From Basidiobolus meristosporus CBS 931.73 (lineage: Eukaryota > Fungi > Basidiobolomycota): a stretch of DNA of 64,000 bases. The notes beneath the pieces are model-generated. The model was not told the origin of the DNA, did not search any database, and saw only the letters and a list, made by a program, of their open reading frames with translations. Below are positions 49,334-60,281 of the stretch, in pieces. The DNA lies in the NCBI GenBank assembly GCA_002104905.1, contig MCFE01000440.1, forward strand, positions 1 to 64,000, given 5' to 3'. How positions within the stretch are numbered: position 1 is the stretch's first letter; every line of letters starts with the position of its first letter. The translations under genes and the position numbers were made by a program.

Positions 49334-51549
49334 GCATTTTGACTAAGTTTTTGTGAAATCTGGGGTGCAATTATTTTTGACAGTCTTTGCACAGTATCCT
49401 GGTGGGATCATCACCTCTTAGTCATGGGACTTGCAATTTGTGGCAGGCTTTTGACAGGATTACTACAATAATTTCTCATAGGGAATGGGATCTTGACAGG
49501 CTCATAGAGGGTATTGTTGTTAGGGAAGATGAGCTCACAATCAATCAGTGAGCCTGCTTCTGCAGAGCTATCACTCCGCATGCCATATTCAGAATGCTGG
49601 GGTGAGCCTAAAGGTATCACAAACTCACCTGACTCAGTTTGCACATGGTGACAAGTCTGGCTAGGTGCCATTATAGAAGTATCAAGGGGCTGGCAGGATA
49701 TTGTCGCAACATTAGTGATTGGTGAATGGTCAAATATGACTTGTGTAGTAAAACACTGACCAGGATCCTTTTGATAATTTCAATCCTGTCTGTATGCTTC
49801 ATGACTAAGTGGCCTGCTATAATAGCCACATGGTCTTTTTTCTCTTCTCATATAGAGATGAATCAAAGTAGTCTTGTCCATGGGGCAAACAGTTTGACAC
49901 TCAACAATGTAACACATATATATCACTTTTTTGTCAATACTTATGTGAATTCAAGACAGTCTGGTATTTGAGATATTGCACCTACATGCATGTAAGATTC
50001 AATGACAATTTGCCACAGTGAGCATAATAAATAAAGCTGTGGCACCACATACACATGTATATGTAACACCATTTTCCCATTAGTTTTACTCACTTCCATA
50101 TATATGCAGCCAAATAATAAAGCAAAGTTGTCAGGTTCCCAACCAAACCCCACTGTTGACAGCAGCAGGAGAGCTGTTGGACAATACTTGCTTTGACATT
50201 CAGTGCAACAAGTGGGGCTACAACCAAAAAAGCCCTGTGGACAGTGTGCCCACTGAGGTAATACTGCAGACTCATCAGGCTCTCAGTCAAGTAGGTGGTT
50301 AGAAATCTCTGTGGAGCTGCAAGCTGACTATAAAGCTTAGGCAGATAAGAATATAGCAATAGTAATATCTTTAATTGAAGATCAGCAAGTTGCCATCATA
50401 ACATCACCACCACCTTTATTAGGAAGTATGTTGCCAGCTCATACCAAAGCATTAGTGAGGCAATTAGGTGCAGTGGCTGATAGGATAGATGCAATGGCCC
50501 AGAAAAATCAGGAAATAGATCAGAAACAGGATGAGTGGATGAAAGGTGTAGAGCAGTCAATACACCAGTAGAGAAAGTAATATCATTGCTACAAAGAAGG
50601 AACTCAAGTAGCTCAATGTCAGAGCTAAGAATTGCATCATTTCCCAATGTAACAGCAGAGGAACACCATACAGTTTCTGAAACACAACAATAGCACCAAA
50701 AGATAAAGCCCATAGAAAAGCCTATCACTGCATAGGAGGGAGAAAATGTAGTGCTTATACCAAAGCCTAAAATCAAAAGACATTGAAGATATGTTAAGCC
50801 ATTGAGTGCAATGAAGAGTGGACTAATATTCAAGAGGCTGTTAGAAGTCTAGCATGCTAACACCTTGAGGCTGGCATACTGCAGGACCATCAGTAACTCG
50901 AGGCCAAGCAGAAGGCACTTGACTTGCTCCAATAGCATTATCCTGAATTCAAAAAGCAAATGAATTTTGGCCCTGCTTTAGTATGCTAAGAAAGTATCTC
51001 GAGAATGGCTGAAACTATCAAAGGCAAAAGAATAAGGGTGCAATGGCTAAAAGACAGTGAATTCCACTTGAGCCCATTACAAGCAGGGCTGAAAGCTCCA
51101 AACAAGCATCAAAGAGACATCAGGTAGCTGGGAGAGCGCTAATAAGGGAAAAGTAGGCAGACACAGATGCACCTGCTCAATATTTACCAAGGAAATGAAT
51201 AATTCTACTGAACAAGCACTCAGTGGAAGTATCAGTGAACCACCTGGCAGTGATAAAAACAAGTAGCCACCTCAGGAGCCTATCACAGCATGGGCTGAGA
51301 GCTTGAAACAAGCACAAAAAAAGCATCAGGTTGCCTGCAGAGTGCAAGCAAAGGACAAGCAAGCCAAAACAGATGTATCAGAGCAGCATTTATCACAGAG
51401 AAAACATAGTTAAATACAAGAAGCACTCAAATACACTAGCAGTGGAAGACTGGGCTGTAACAAAGGAAAAGATAAAGGGAAAAAGTCTACCCAAGCCAGA
51501 GACAGGGAAGCATGAGAAAAAAGCTGCAGTTTGCACCAATTAACACTGT

Positions 51550-53083
51550 TGTAGTGGTGTAGAGGTACTCCTGAGAGAAGCTACAGAGCTCAAGGTGTTT
51601 AAGGGGTCTGATGGGTGCAATTACCTCTTGGTCCAAATTGCTGGTGTCTTAGTCAATATGTCACTATGGTAGAAGGTCTTGCTGTTCTAGCTTCCTGTGT
51701 GCTCCAAGTGTCTCCAAAGGCCTCTGTGTGTCTTTTGCACTACCCCAAAAAGCTCCTTGATGGCAGGTCTGAGGTGTAAATGTTGAAGGTAGGTGCAGTG
51801 ATCAACTGCTAATCAATAAGGGAAAAGTGTTACTGAAAGAGGAGATGATTTATTGATGAGGGATTGACTTCCCTTAAATACCTTCCCAGATTGCCAAGTG
51901 ATTGCTAATGACAAAGTTCTAGAAGATTTCAGGCATAAGTTGAATTTGTGATGACATCTCTATGAGCTAAAAATACACCAAGAAGGTCCTGGAAGGTTCT
52001 GAAAGGCACAGTACATCCAACCAATCAAGAACCAGAAGTCCAAAACCTGTGTAACATCAATAATATGGTATTGAAATGGTAGGAATGATCACAAAGACTT
52101 ATGTCATATCTCACTGGTACTGACATGGGTACCTACCTAATGTAAGTGTATATACTGATCACAAAGCTAAATAAGATCTGGGATAACTAATACTAGTAGT
52201 TATTAGACTTGTTCCGTTGCATAGTACCACATTGAGCCATGAGTGCCAAATGATGCCATAGTGTGCCAAGGAGGCCAAGTGAGCCTATACTTGGCCACAG
52301 AGTGTGAAACACAGCTCTGCATCTTCATGCAAAACAGCCCCTGTGTTTCACCCATTGAGCTGGAGAAAATCCATTTTCTGACCTTTTTTTTTAGATCAAT
52401 GTTGTGCAGGATGTGTAAGAGCACAAAAAGATTTAAGACATGCATTGGGTACTCAATACCCATGGCACTGTGAATCTAGCTCCTGTAGCTTGTATCATGT
52501 CACAAAAATGAATGGCACTATCTTGGTCCACTGGTACTATCTGGTACTATAAGTGCTTTATATAGGTTTTACTTTAGGGCTAATATTTAAATATAGTGCC
52601 AGATAGTACCAGTGGACCAAGATAGTGCCATTCATTTTTGCGACATGATACAAGCTACAGGAGCTAGATTCAGAGTGCCATGAGTATTGAGTATCAGATG
52701 CATGTCTTTAGTCCTTCTGTGCTCTCACACATCCTGAACAATGTTGATCCAAAAAAAAGGTCAAAAAATGGATTTTCTCCAGCTCAATGGGTGAAACACA
52801 GGGGCTGCTTTGCATGAAGATGCAGAGCTGTGTTTCACACTCTGTGGCCAAGTATAGGCTCACTTGGCCTCCTTGGCAAACTATGGCATCATTTGGCACT
52901 CATGGCTCAATGTGGCAATACACAACGGAACAAGTCTATTGAAGAATAACATCAAATGGAGATAATACTAAAAATATGGGCAAAGAAGAATGGGATAATA
53001 CTGCTAAGATGGAATATGGATAAGTACATGACAATAGCTATATGGATAAGCTTGTCAATGGGAGGTATGTTTACTCAACCACA
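51550..53083 (-). mobile_element. Solo LTR family R5 (minus), carrying the fold-back insertion
   Basis: After removing 52205-52937 the reverse complement aligns end-to-end with 46309-47109. Flanks CTGT/CCAT can both be derived from CCGT by CpG deamination. Confidence 0.82.
52205..52937. mobile_element. 733-bp fold-back element, second copy, 3-bp TSD ATT
   Basis: AGACTTGTTCC...GGAACAAGTCT, palindromic arms, ATT on both flanks, same length as 18663-19395. Confidence 0.9.
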
Positions 53084-54039
53084 CCATAAGCCCGGAAAAG
53101 ACTGAATTCCTTCATAGCCAAGAAGAATTACCAACATGAAAACAGCTGTTTTCACAAGAGCTGGAAGTGTAGCTAAATGAGCTACACTGCAGTGAAGTAG
53201 ATGAGTTTGCAGTGAAAGGCAATTTGTATACCACAGCCTCCACATCCTCTATTGCTAATAGAGTGGAGATCTCACTAACAGATAATGTAGCAACATCAAG
53301 AGCTTGAACGGTTATCACACTGCCTCAGTGGAACTTTAGAACATTAATAGGCACACTAAGAGGTGGCAGCAGTTTTTCAAGAGCAGTACTGAAGAACACT
53401 CAATTGAACATTACAAGAATTTCTTGCAAAGACTTGCAGAGGAGGTGCTAGACCTTGCAGTGACAGCCAAAGACCAGGACATATGGGAACCAGAGAATGA
53501 ACAGTGGCATAAACCCAAAGGGTTTTTACCAAAGCCATGGAAACAGATTGTTACAGCAGAAATACTCATAGAGTGGAGGATTTCAATGGAGTTGCTTGTT
53601 GAGTGTGGGGTGGGCATAATGTTAGTGTAGGGTATAGGGACTTGTATAGGTCAATCCAATTGGCAACAGAGGTACAACAGAGGTACAACTGAAGTTTTAA
53701 CAGATATAAATCAGTTTAAATTCACAAAATGTAAGAAGCCATTGAGTAAGAGAGTAATGCGTGTGAAAAGAGGCATTACCCAATCAATCCACACAAACAT
53801 AGGAGGTGATAGAGTGTCCAGGATCAGAGAGCAAGGAAACTGGCAGAGAACCAATCTAAAGCCACTTTTGTATTCTTGTGATGAAATATTTTAACTAGGT
53901 TCTTTGTCAAATCTGAAGTGCAATTATTTTTTGATGGCCTTTGTATGGTGCCCTAATGGAATCAATAGCTCTTGGTCACAGGAATTAGACTTTTGATGAC
54001 ATTTTGATGGGATTATCACAATAACTTCTCATAGGGGAA

Positions 54040-55059
54040 GTTGTAGGGCAATAGCAGGCACTGCAAAAAGTTGTGGCACTTCCTCAATAGCAGTGCTCAA
54101 GAAGCTGCACTGCAATACTGCAATGACTGATTGTAAAGACTGACAGATGAGGTGCTAAGCATTGCAGTGCCAGCTGAAGACCATGATATATGGTACCAGT
54201 GAGTAACCTACTGTATTAAGCTGCAGGGTTTCTGCCAAAGTTATTGCAAAAAGGTTTTGTGGCTGATTCATTTACTGAATGGTAGATTTGAGTGGAGTTC
54301 CTTGTTGAGTGTGAGGGTGGGTGTAATGTCAGTGATGTGTGTAGCAACCTGTTCAGGTCAGTACAATAGACAATTAAGTTGTAATCAAAGACTGAACAAA
54401 ATAAACCAGTTTGTGAGCATGAAATGTAAGAGCATTGGTATGGTCAGAAAGTATGGAGTGCAACAAAAAGGCAATAGCCAGTTAATGTACACAAGTTCAG
54501 GAGGTTATTGAGTGTTAAGAATTATATAGTGCGGATTGGCCAAGTAGCTATATGATGCTACTTATCTTATGTTGTCATGAAATATTTGATAAGTTATTTG
54601 TGAAGTCTAAGGTGATGTTTTCTTGAGGGTCCTTGCACAATGCTTTCATGACATTAATACCTCTTAGTCATAGGATACAAATTTTATGACAGCCTTTTGA
54701 CATGATCACTTCAATTATTTGCATAAGGCATAAGTGCTGTTACTTTGCTCACTACAAGGAACTTTGCTTTAATCACAATAGAGAATTAGGAGGCTGCCAT
54801 GAAGCCATTGCCTTTTATGGTTGGCTCATCTACCTCACTGGAGTTTAGTCCAACCACCTGAGAAATCTAGTGGAAACAGCTACATCTTTTGTAGTAATCT
54901 TGGCTACAATCAGCATCAGAATGCACTTGGTTGATGGGGTCAGTTATAGAAAACAGTCATATTGTCTAACACTTCTCTGCCTTGGGCTTGAGCACTCTTC
55001 CATTACTTTCCCTTTCCCTTTCCAGCTATCAGAATCCTCACTGCTTCACTGGCTCAGTG
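54040..55059. pseudogene. A/B module fragments: A C-terminal domain (plus ~54040-54390), B (minus ~54400-54860), inverted A fragment (~54870-55059)
   Basis: LTDEVLSIAVPAEDHDIW...EWSSLLSVRVG (A); B tail VYINWLLPFCCTPYF on the minus strand. Confidence 0.55.
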
Positions 55060-55596
55060 TGCTGCAATTTAAGAAGTGATTTGGATACATGGAACTCATC
55101 AGGAAATAGTGATAATAGTTGAACTGTTGTTAATCCATGAAGAGGATCAGTATTTATACCTTTGCAGAAGTACTCAGCTGTAAAACTAAGTAAGGAGGAT
55201 TTCTTAGCTTTTGGGAGCATTTAGTAACAATTTCAGGGGTAGTACATAATGTTTGCTAAAAAGTGTTAATTTGATCTTGACTATAGGGGAATAATCATAG
55301 AATCATAGATCTGCAGAAACTGGCAATGTTGGGGCTGCAAATATATCCTACAGTGACAAAGACTAGTCTAGAATTGTTAAGTAGAATTTTAGCTGCTGAA
55401 TAATACTAAGTTGTACAATATTTCAATGCTCCCCATCAACTAAATAAGTTCTTGATCCTAATTCCTCTCTGAGACTCTTAATAGTGGTCTAGCTAGTGGT
55501 ATTGTCAATATATCTGCCACCATTTTATCAGTTGGGCAGTAAACTAACTCTACTAAGTTATTTTCAACAGCTTCCCTCACAAAGTGGAGTTGTATA

Positions 55597-58500
55597 TGTT
55601 GTAAAAATTCGTAATTCCACCTAAATATTCACCTAACTTAGTCACTTAGATCATTTCCCTCAAATTCTAGAGAATACTGACCAAATTCCTTGTCGGGATT
55701 TACTTAGAATATTTTCACCAAAATACCAGGTACCCAGAACATGAAAATTCTCAAAGTTGTCCAAACAGCCCCAAACTTTGCACACATGTTCTTGGGACCT
55801 TCCTTAACCTATTCTACGTGTTTGTTATGCCAAGACCATGTAAAAGTATAAATACTACTTTTACATTCAATAAATCATTAAGTGAAAACCACATAATCTA
55901 CTTGTTCTCCCAATCACTTCCAATATCTCCAAGACTCTTACAACAGGTTATGAGCCCCGAGCTGTCACTCTCTGCAATGTCTACTACTGCTATTACTGGA
56001 ATTTTTCCCTCTGCTGAAAAGTTGGATGGATCCAACTACCAAGTGTCGAAGGTGAAGATGAAGATGCTGCTGCAAGAAAGAGGCCTTTGGGATATTGTCA
56101 TGGGAGAAGAATGCCCTCCTAAAAACGTGGGAGAGGAAGCCTTAAAGTACCAGAAGAAAGAACAAAGTGCCTTTAACTGCATTTGCCTTAATGTCAAGGA
56201 CAAATTGCTAATTCAATGCTCAAGAGCAAAAACGGCAAAGAATGCCTGGAAAGCATTAGAAGACACCTACCAGTCATGTTCAGCTGCCAAGAAAATGTAT
56301 CTGAGAAGAAAATTCTTTACTACAAAGATGCTGCCAGGAGAAGAAATGAAAAATCTAATTAACAGAATTACCCTGCTGGTAGATGAGATGGAATCGGTGG
56401 GCGTACCAACTACTGATGAGGATGTGATAGTTACCATCCTGAATAGCCTGACAGACGAGTTTCAGGGCCTTGTATCAGCCCTAGAGTCCAGAACTGAAGA
56501 TTTGACCTTAAATTATGTATATGGAAGGCTCCTGGATGAAGAATTAAGAAAATCAAGCGCCAATAAGAAGGAAGAAGAAAATGCTTTAATAAGCAATGAT
56601 AACCAACAAAGGAGGTACCCAAGACCCTACAAAGGCAACAGCAACCTATTTTGCAACTACTGCAAAAGGAAAGGACACACATCAGACCGGTGTTTCAAAA
56701 AGAGAGATTATCAGCAAAAGAAGCCTGAATATGGAAATGCTGCAACAACTGAAGATAGACTATTCATATCTGCACTAAATATGACCACAAACAAGGATTC
56801 TCAGACGTGGTATATTGACTCTGGAGCTTCTCAACACTTTACACACCAAAAAGAACTTTTTACCCAATATCAAGAAATTCCAATTAAGAAGGTTTTCATG
56901 GGTGACGATAGAACACTTGATGCAGTGGGAGAAGGAACTATCCAAGTAAACCTTAGAAGCAGTGAAGGAAGCCATACACTGACCTTTAAAGAAGTACTCT
57001 ATGTACCAGAAATAGCCAAGAACCTACTCTCTGTAAGCAAGGCCACAGCAGAAGGACTCAGTTTCAGTTTTGACAATTCTGGATGCAGGATCACTGATCA
57101 AAATGGTGCCCATATTGCTTCGGGCATCAGAGATCAGAATCTATACAAGTTGACTTATATTCCATCATATCTGGAAGCCAATATAAGTAACTTAAATGAA
57201 GAAACACCAATGCTTTGGCACAGGAGATTTGGACACATCAATTTTGATTATTTGCGTAAAATGATCAAAGATCAGCTAATTTCTGGAGTGAAAATTGATC
57301 CCCCAGCTAATTTGGAGCACTGTGAAGCCTGCATATATGGGAAACAAGCCAGACAACCGTTCAAGAGCTCTGGGTTAATCAAAACTAAGAAAAAATTAGA
57401 TCTAATTCACTCAGATCTGTGTGGACCTATGCAAAATTTATCCTTAGGCGGGATGAAGTATTTAATCACTTTTATTGATGATTATACAAGATACACATGG
57501 GTCTACTTCATGGAGAGAAAGGAAGAAGCTCTGTCTAAGCTCAGGGAGTTTAAAGCCATGGTGGAGAGAGAAACTGGTGAAAAAATCAAGAAAATACGCT
57601 CTGACAATGGTGGAGAATATACCTCAAAACTCTTCATCCACTTCTGCAAAATTCATGGGATAAAGCAAGAGACTACTGTACCATACTCCCCACAGCAAAA
57701 TGGAGTAGCAGAACGAGCTAACAGATCAATAATTGATATGGCAAGATCTATGATCCATGATCAAAAATTATCCTATGATTTTTGGGCGGAATCAGTTGCC
57801 ACTGCTGTATATCTTAAAAATAGGAGTTATAACAGAATACTTCGTGATTCTACTCCATTTGAAGCATGGTATGGATACAGACCAAGTGCAGAACATCTAA
57901 GAATATTTGGGTGTACAGCATATGCCAAAAAACTGGCCGGAAATCAGTCAAAATTTGAGCCAAAAAGTGTAAAATGCATATTTTTGGGCTACTGCAATGA
58001 GAGTAAGGCATACAGACTCTACAATACCGAAGCAAAGAAGCTGATCAAGTCCAGGGATGTGTTGTTTGATGAAAATTCAAAATTTTCACAAAAAATGACA
58101 TCAGATGATGACAAAAATTTGATCTCAAGTCCACCAATTGTCAGGATTGAATCAGAGCAAAACAATGAAAATTTTTTCACTCCAGAGGACTCTACAACCG
58201 TGGTTCAGCCAGAATCAGTGCCCAGGAATATCCCAGAAGTGATCATTCCAGTATCAAATGCCCGGAGATCAAATCGGACAAGAAATAGCCCAAATTACTA
58301 TATTAATGAGGGTACAAACTTAGCCTATGCCTATTCAGTCCATATTGATGAACCCCAGACTGTAAAAGAGGCCCTAAATAGCCCTCAGACGAAGTTTTGG
58401 AGATCTGCAATGACTGAGGAATATCAGGCCCTGATGGAAAATCAAACTTGGGACTTAGTCAAATTACCAATCAACCGAAAATCAATTGGATGCAGATGGG

Positions 58501-60281
58501 TCTTCAAGACAAAGTACAAGGCTGATGGTACAATTGAAAGATACAAAGCAAGACTTGTAGCCAAAGGATACTCTCAAACAAAAGGACTTGACTATACTGA
58601 GACCTTTGCACCGGTAGCCAAGTTTAATTCCATCAGATTAATATTGGCTATTGCAGCCAAATATAAGTTTTTTATTCATCAAATGGATGTAAAAACTGCA
58701 TTTTTGAATGGAGAACTTGATGAGGACGTGTATATGGACCAGCCTGATGGGTTTGTTGACCAAGATAACCCCCATTTGGTCTGCAAGCTTAAAAAGTCAC
58801 TATATGGTCTCAAACAATCACCGAGAGCCTGGAATTGCAAGATAGATTCTTATTTGGAATCTTTGAGTTTCAAAAGGAGTAATGCTGACTATAGTATATA
58901 CTATAAGCCAGATAGAGCAAATCCAGTTCTATTAGCTCTATATGTGGATGATCTTATTATAGCCACCAATAACCTAGAAACATTGGAAGAGACTAAATCC
59001 AGCCTATCTAAGGAGTTCAAGATGTCCGATCTAGGAGAACTCAGTTACTACTTAGGGATTAAGTTCTCCATAGACAGAAGTACCCAGACTATTACCCTAA
59101 GCCAATCCAAGTATATTCAAGATATACTAAAGAAGTACAAAATGGAAGACTGTAAACCGGCAGCTACCCCAATGGAGACAAACCTTAACTTGGCCAAAAC
59201 TCAACCAAATCAGGAGAGCTTGGTGCCATCTGAAAGCCCTGACTTTCCTTATCAATCTATGGTCGGCAGTCTGATGTATATCATGCTTGGAACACGTCCA
59301 GATATCTCATATTCAGTGGGAGTTGTCAGCCAGCATAATCAGAACTATGGATCTGATCATATTGCAGCAGTTAAGCGGATTTTTAGATACCTAAAAGGAA
59401 CTGCTGATATCTGCTTAAGATACACTTATAAGGACCCAGAACAAGATCTTGTGGGATACTCTGATGCAGATTGGGGACGAAATTTAGAAGACAGAAGATC
59501 CACCACAGGATACACCTTTCTTTACTGTCAAGGAGCAATTTCATGGAACTCAAGAAAGCAACCAACCGTAGCACTTTCTACCACAGAGGCAGAGTACATG
59601 GCAGCCTGTGAAGCTACAAAAGAAGCAATGTGGCTAAGAAAGCTGTTTACAGATTTAGGTCAATGTCAAAAAACGCCTATTACTTTATTTCAAGATAATC
59701 AAGGATGTATACAATTAGGTAGAAATCCAACTTTTCATGCTAGAACCAAGCACATAGATATTAGACATCATTTCATACGTGAAGCTATAGAGAATAACTT
59801 AGTTAGCTTAGTTTACTGTCCTACAGATGAAATGATTGCAGACATATTTACCAAACCATTAGCTAGAGACAAGTTTGAATATCTTAGGTCAAAATTAGGA
59901 CTAGTCAGTATGAACATTTAGCTGAGTGGGAGTGTTGTAAAAATTCGTAATTCCACCTAAATATTCACCTAACTTAGTCACTTAGATCATTTCCCTCAAA
60001 TTCTAGAGAATACTGACCAAATTCCTTGTCGGGATTTACTTAGAATATTTTCACCAAAATACCAGGTACCCAGAACATGAAAATTCTCAAAGTTGTCCAA
60101 ACAGCCCCAAACTTTGCACACATGTTCTTGGGACCTTCCTTAACCTATTCTACGTGTTTGTTATGCCAAGACCATGTAAAAGTATAAATACTACTTTTAC
60201 ATTCAATAAATCATTAAGTGAAAACCACATAATCTACTTGTTCTCCCAATCACTTCCAATATCTCCAAGACTCTTACAACA
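55597..60281 (+). mobile_element. Intact young Ty1/Copia element (family A), 4685 bp, LTRs 55597-55945 and 59933-60281, TSD GTATA
   Basis: 349-bp LTRs with no differences seen by eye; GTATA on both flanks; PBS GGTTATGAGCCC; PPT GAGTGGGAG; uninterrupted gag-pol. Confidence 0.98.
55950..59921 (+). CDS. Copia Gag-Pol polyprotein (Gag, CCHC knuckle, PR, IN, RT, RNase H), ~1323 aa from ATG 55950
   Basis: CNYCKRKGHTSDRC, WYIDSGASQH, LWHRRFGH, HSDLCGP, SDNGGEY, QNGVAER, MDVKTAFLNG, LYVDD, YSDADWG, KHIDIRHHFIRE. The ORF-track start at 55818 lies inside the LTR and is unlikely to be used. Confidence 0.95.
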   Translation: MSPELSLSAMSTTAITGIFPSAEKLDGSNYQVSKVKMKMLLQERGLWDIVMGEECPPKNVGEEALKYQKKEQSAFNCICLNVKDKLLIQCSRAKTAKNAWKALEDTYQSCSAAKKMYLRRKFFTTKMLPGEEMKNLINRITLLVDEMESVGVPTTDEDVIVTILNSLTDEFQGLVSALESRTEDLTLNYVYGRLLDEELRKSSANKKEEENALISNDNQQRRYPRPYKGNSNLFCNYCKRKGHTSDRCFKKRDYQQKKPEYGNAATTEDRLFISALNMTTNKDSQTWYIDSGASQHFTHQKELFTQYQEIPIKKVFMGDDRTLDAVGEGTIQVNLRSSEGSHTLTFKEVLYVPEIAKNLLSVSKATAEGLSFSFDNSGCRITDQNGAHIASGIRDQNLYKLTYIPSYLEANISNLNEETPMLWHRRFGHINFDYLRKMIKDQLISGVKIDPPANLEHCEACIYGKQARQPFKSSGLIKTKKKLDLIHSDLCGPMQNLSLGGMKYLITFIDDYTRYTWVYFMERKEEALSKLREFKAMVERETGEKIKKIRSDNGGEYTSKLFIHFCKIHGIKQETTVPYSPQQNGVAERANRSIIDMARSMIHDQKLSYDFWAESVATAVYLKNRSYNRILRDSTPFEAWYGYRPSAEHLRIFGCTAYAKKLAGNQSKFEPKSVKCIFLGYCNESKAYRLYNTEAKKLIKSRDVLFDENSKFSQKMTSDDDKNLISSPPIVRIESEQNNENFFTPEDSTTVVQPESVPRNIPEVIIPVSNARRSNRTRNSPNYYINEGTNLAYAYSVHIDEPQTVKEALNSPQTKFWRSAMTEEYQALMENQTWDLVKLPINRKSIGCRWVFKTKYKADGTIERYKARLVAKGYSQTKGLDYTETFAPVAKFNSIRLILAIAAKYKFFIHQMDVKTAFLNGELDEDVYMDQPDGFVDQDNPHLVCKLKKSLYGLKQSPRAWNCKIDSYLESLSFKRSNADYSIYYKPDRANPVLLALYVDDLIIATNNLETLEETKSSLSKEFKMSDLGELSYYLGIKFSIDRSTQTITLSQSKYIQDILKKYKMEDCKPAATPMETNLNLAKTQPNQESLVPSESPDFPYQSMVGSLMYIMLGTRPDISYSVGVVSQHNQNYGSDHIAAVKRIFRYLKGTADICLRYTYKDPEQDLVGYSDADWGRNLEDRRSTTGYTFLYCQGAISWNSRKQPTVALSTTEAEYMAACEATKEAMWLRKLFTDLGQCQKTPITLFQDNQGCIQLGRNPTFHARTKHIDIRHHFIREAIENNLVSLVYCPTDEMIADIFTKPLARDKFEYLRSKLGLVSMNI

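Larger units (their letters stand above)
46059..49950. pseudogene. A/B module copy 4 (most complete): ORF A plus 46059-48923, ORF B minus ~49950-48942
   Basis: A is about 690 codons after removing the solo LTR; B is about 265 codons after removing the 214-bp duplication. Stops are 18 bp apart; many stops fall at CGA/CAA/CAG-compatible positions. Confidence 0.72.
50200..54030. pseudogene. A/B module copy 5: ORF A plus ~50200-53700 (split by an R5 LTR), B C-terminal part minus ~53710-54030
   Basis: Directly follows B of copy 4 via the same intergenic sequence seen at 38200-38400. Segment ~53690-53880 is nearly identical to ~48915-49110. Confidence 0.7.

Noticed and set aside
55818-55949. 44-codon N-terminal extension of the Copia ORF
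   Set aside because: Lies within the LTR and starts at a non-ATG codon; chance openness.
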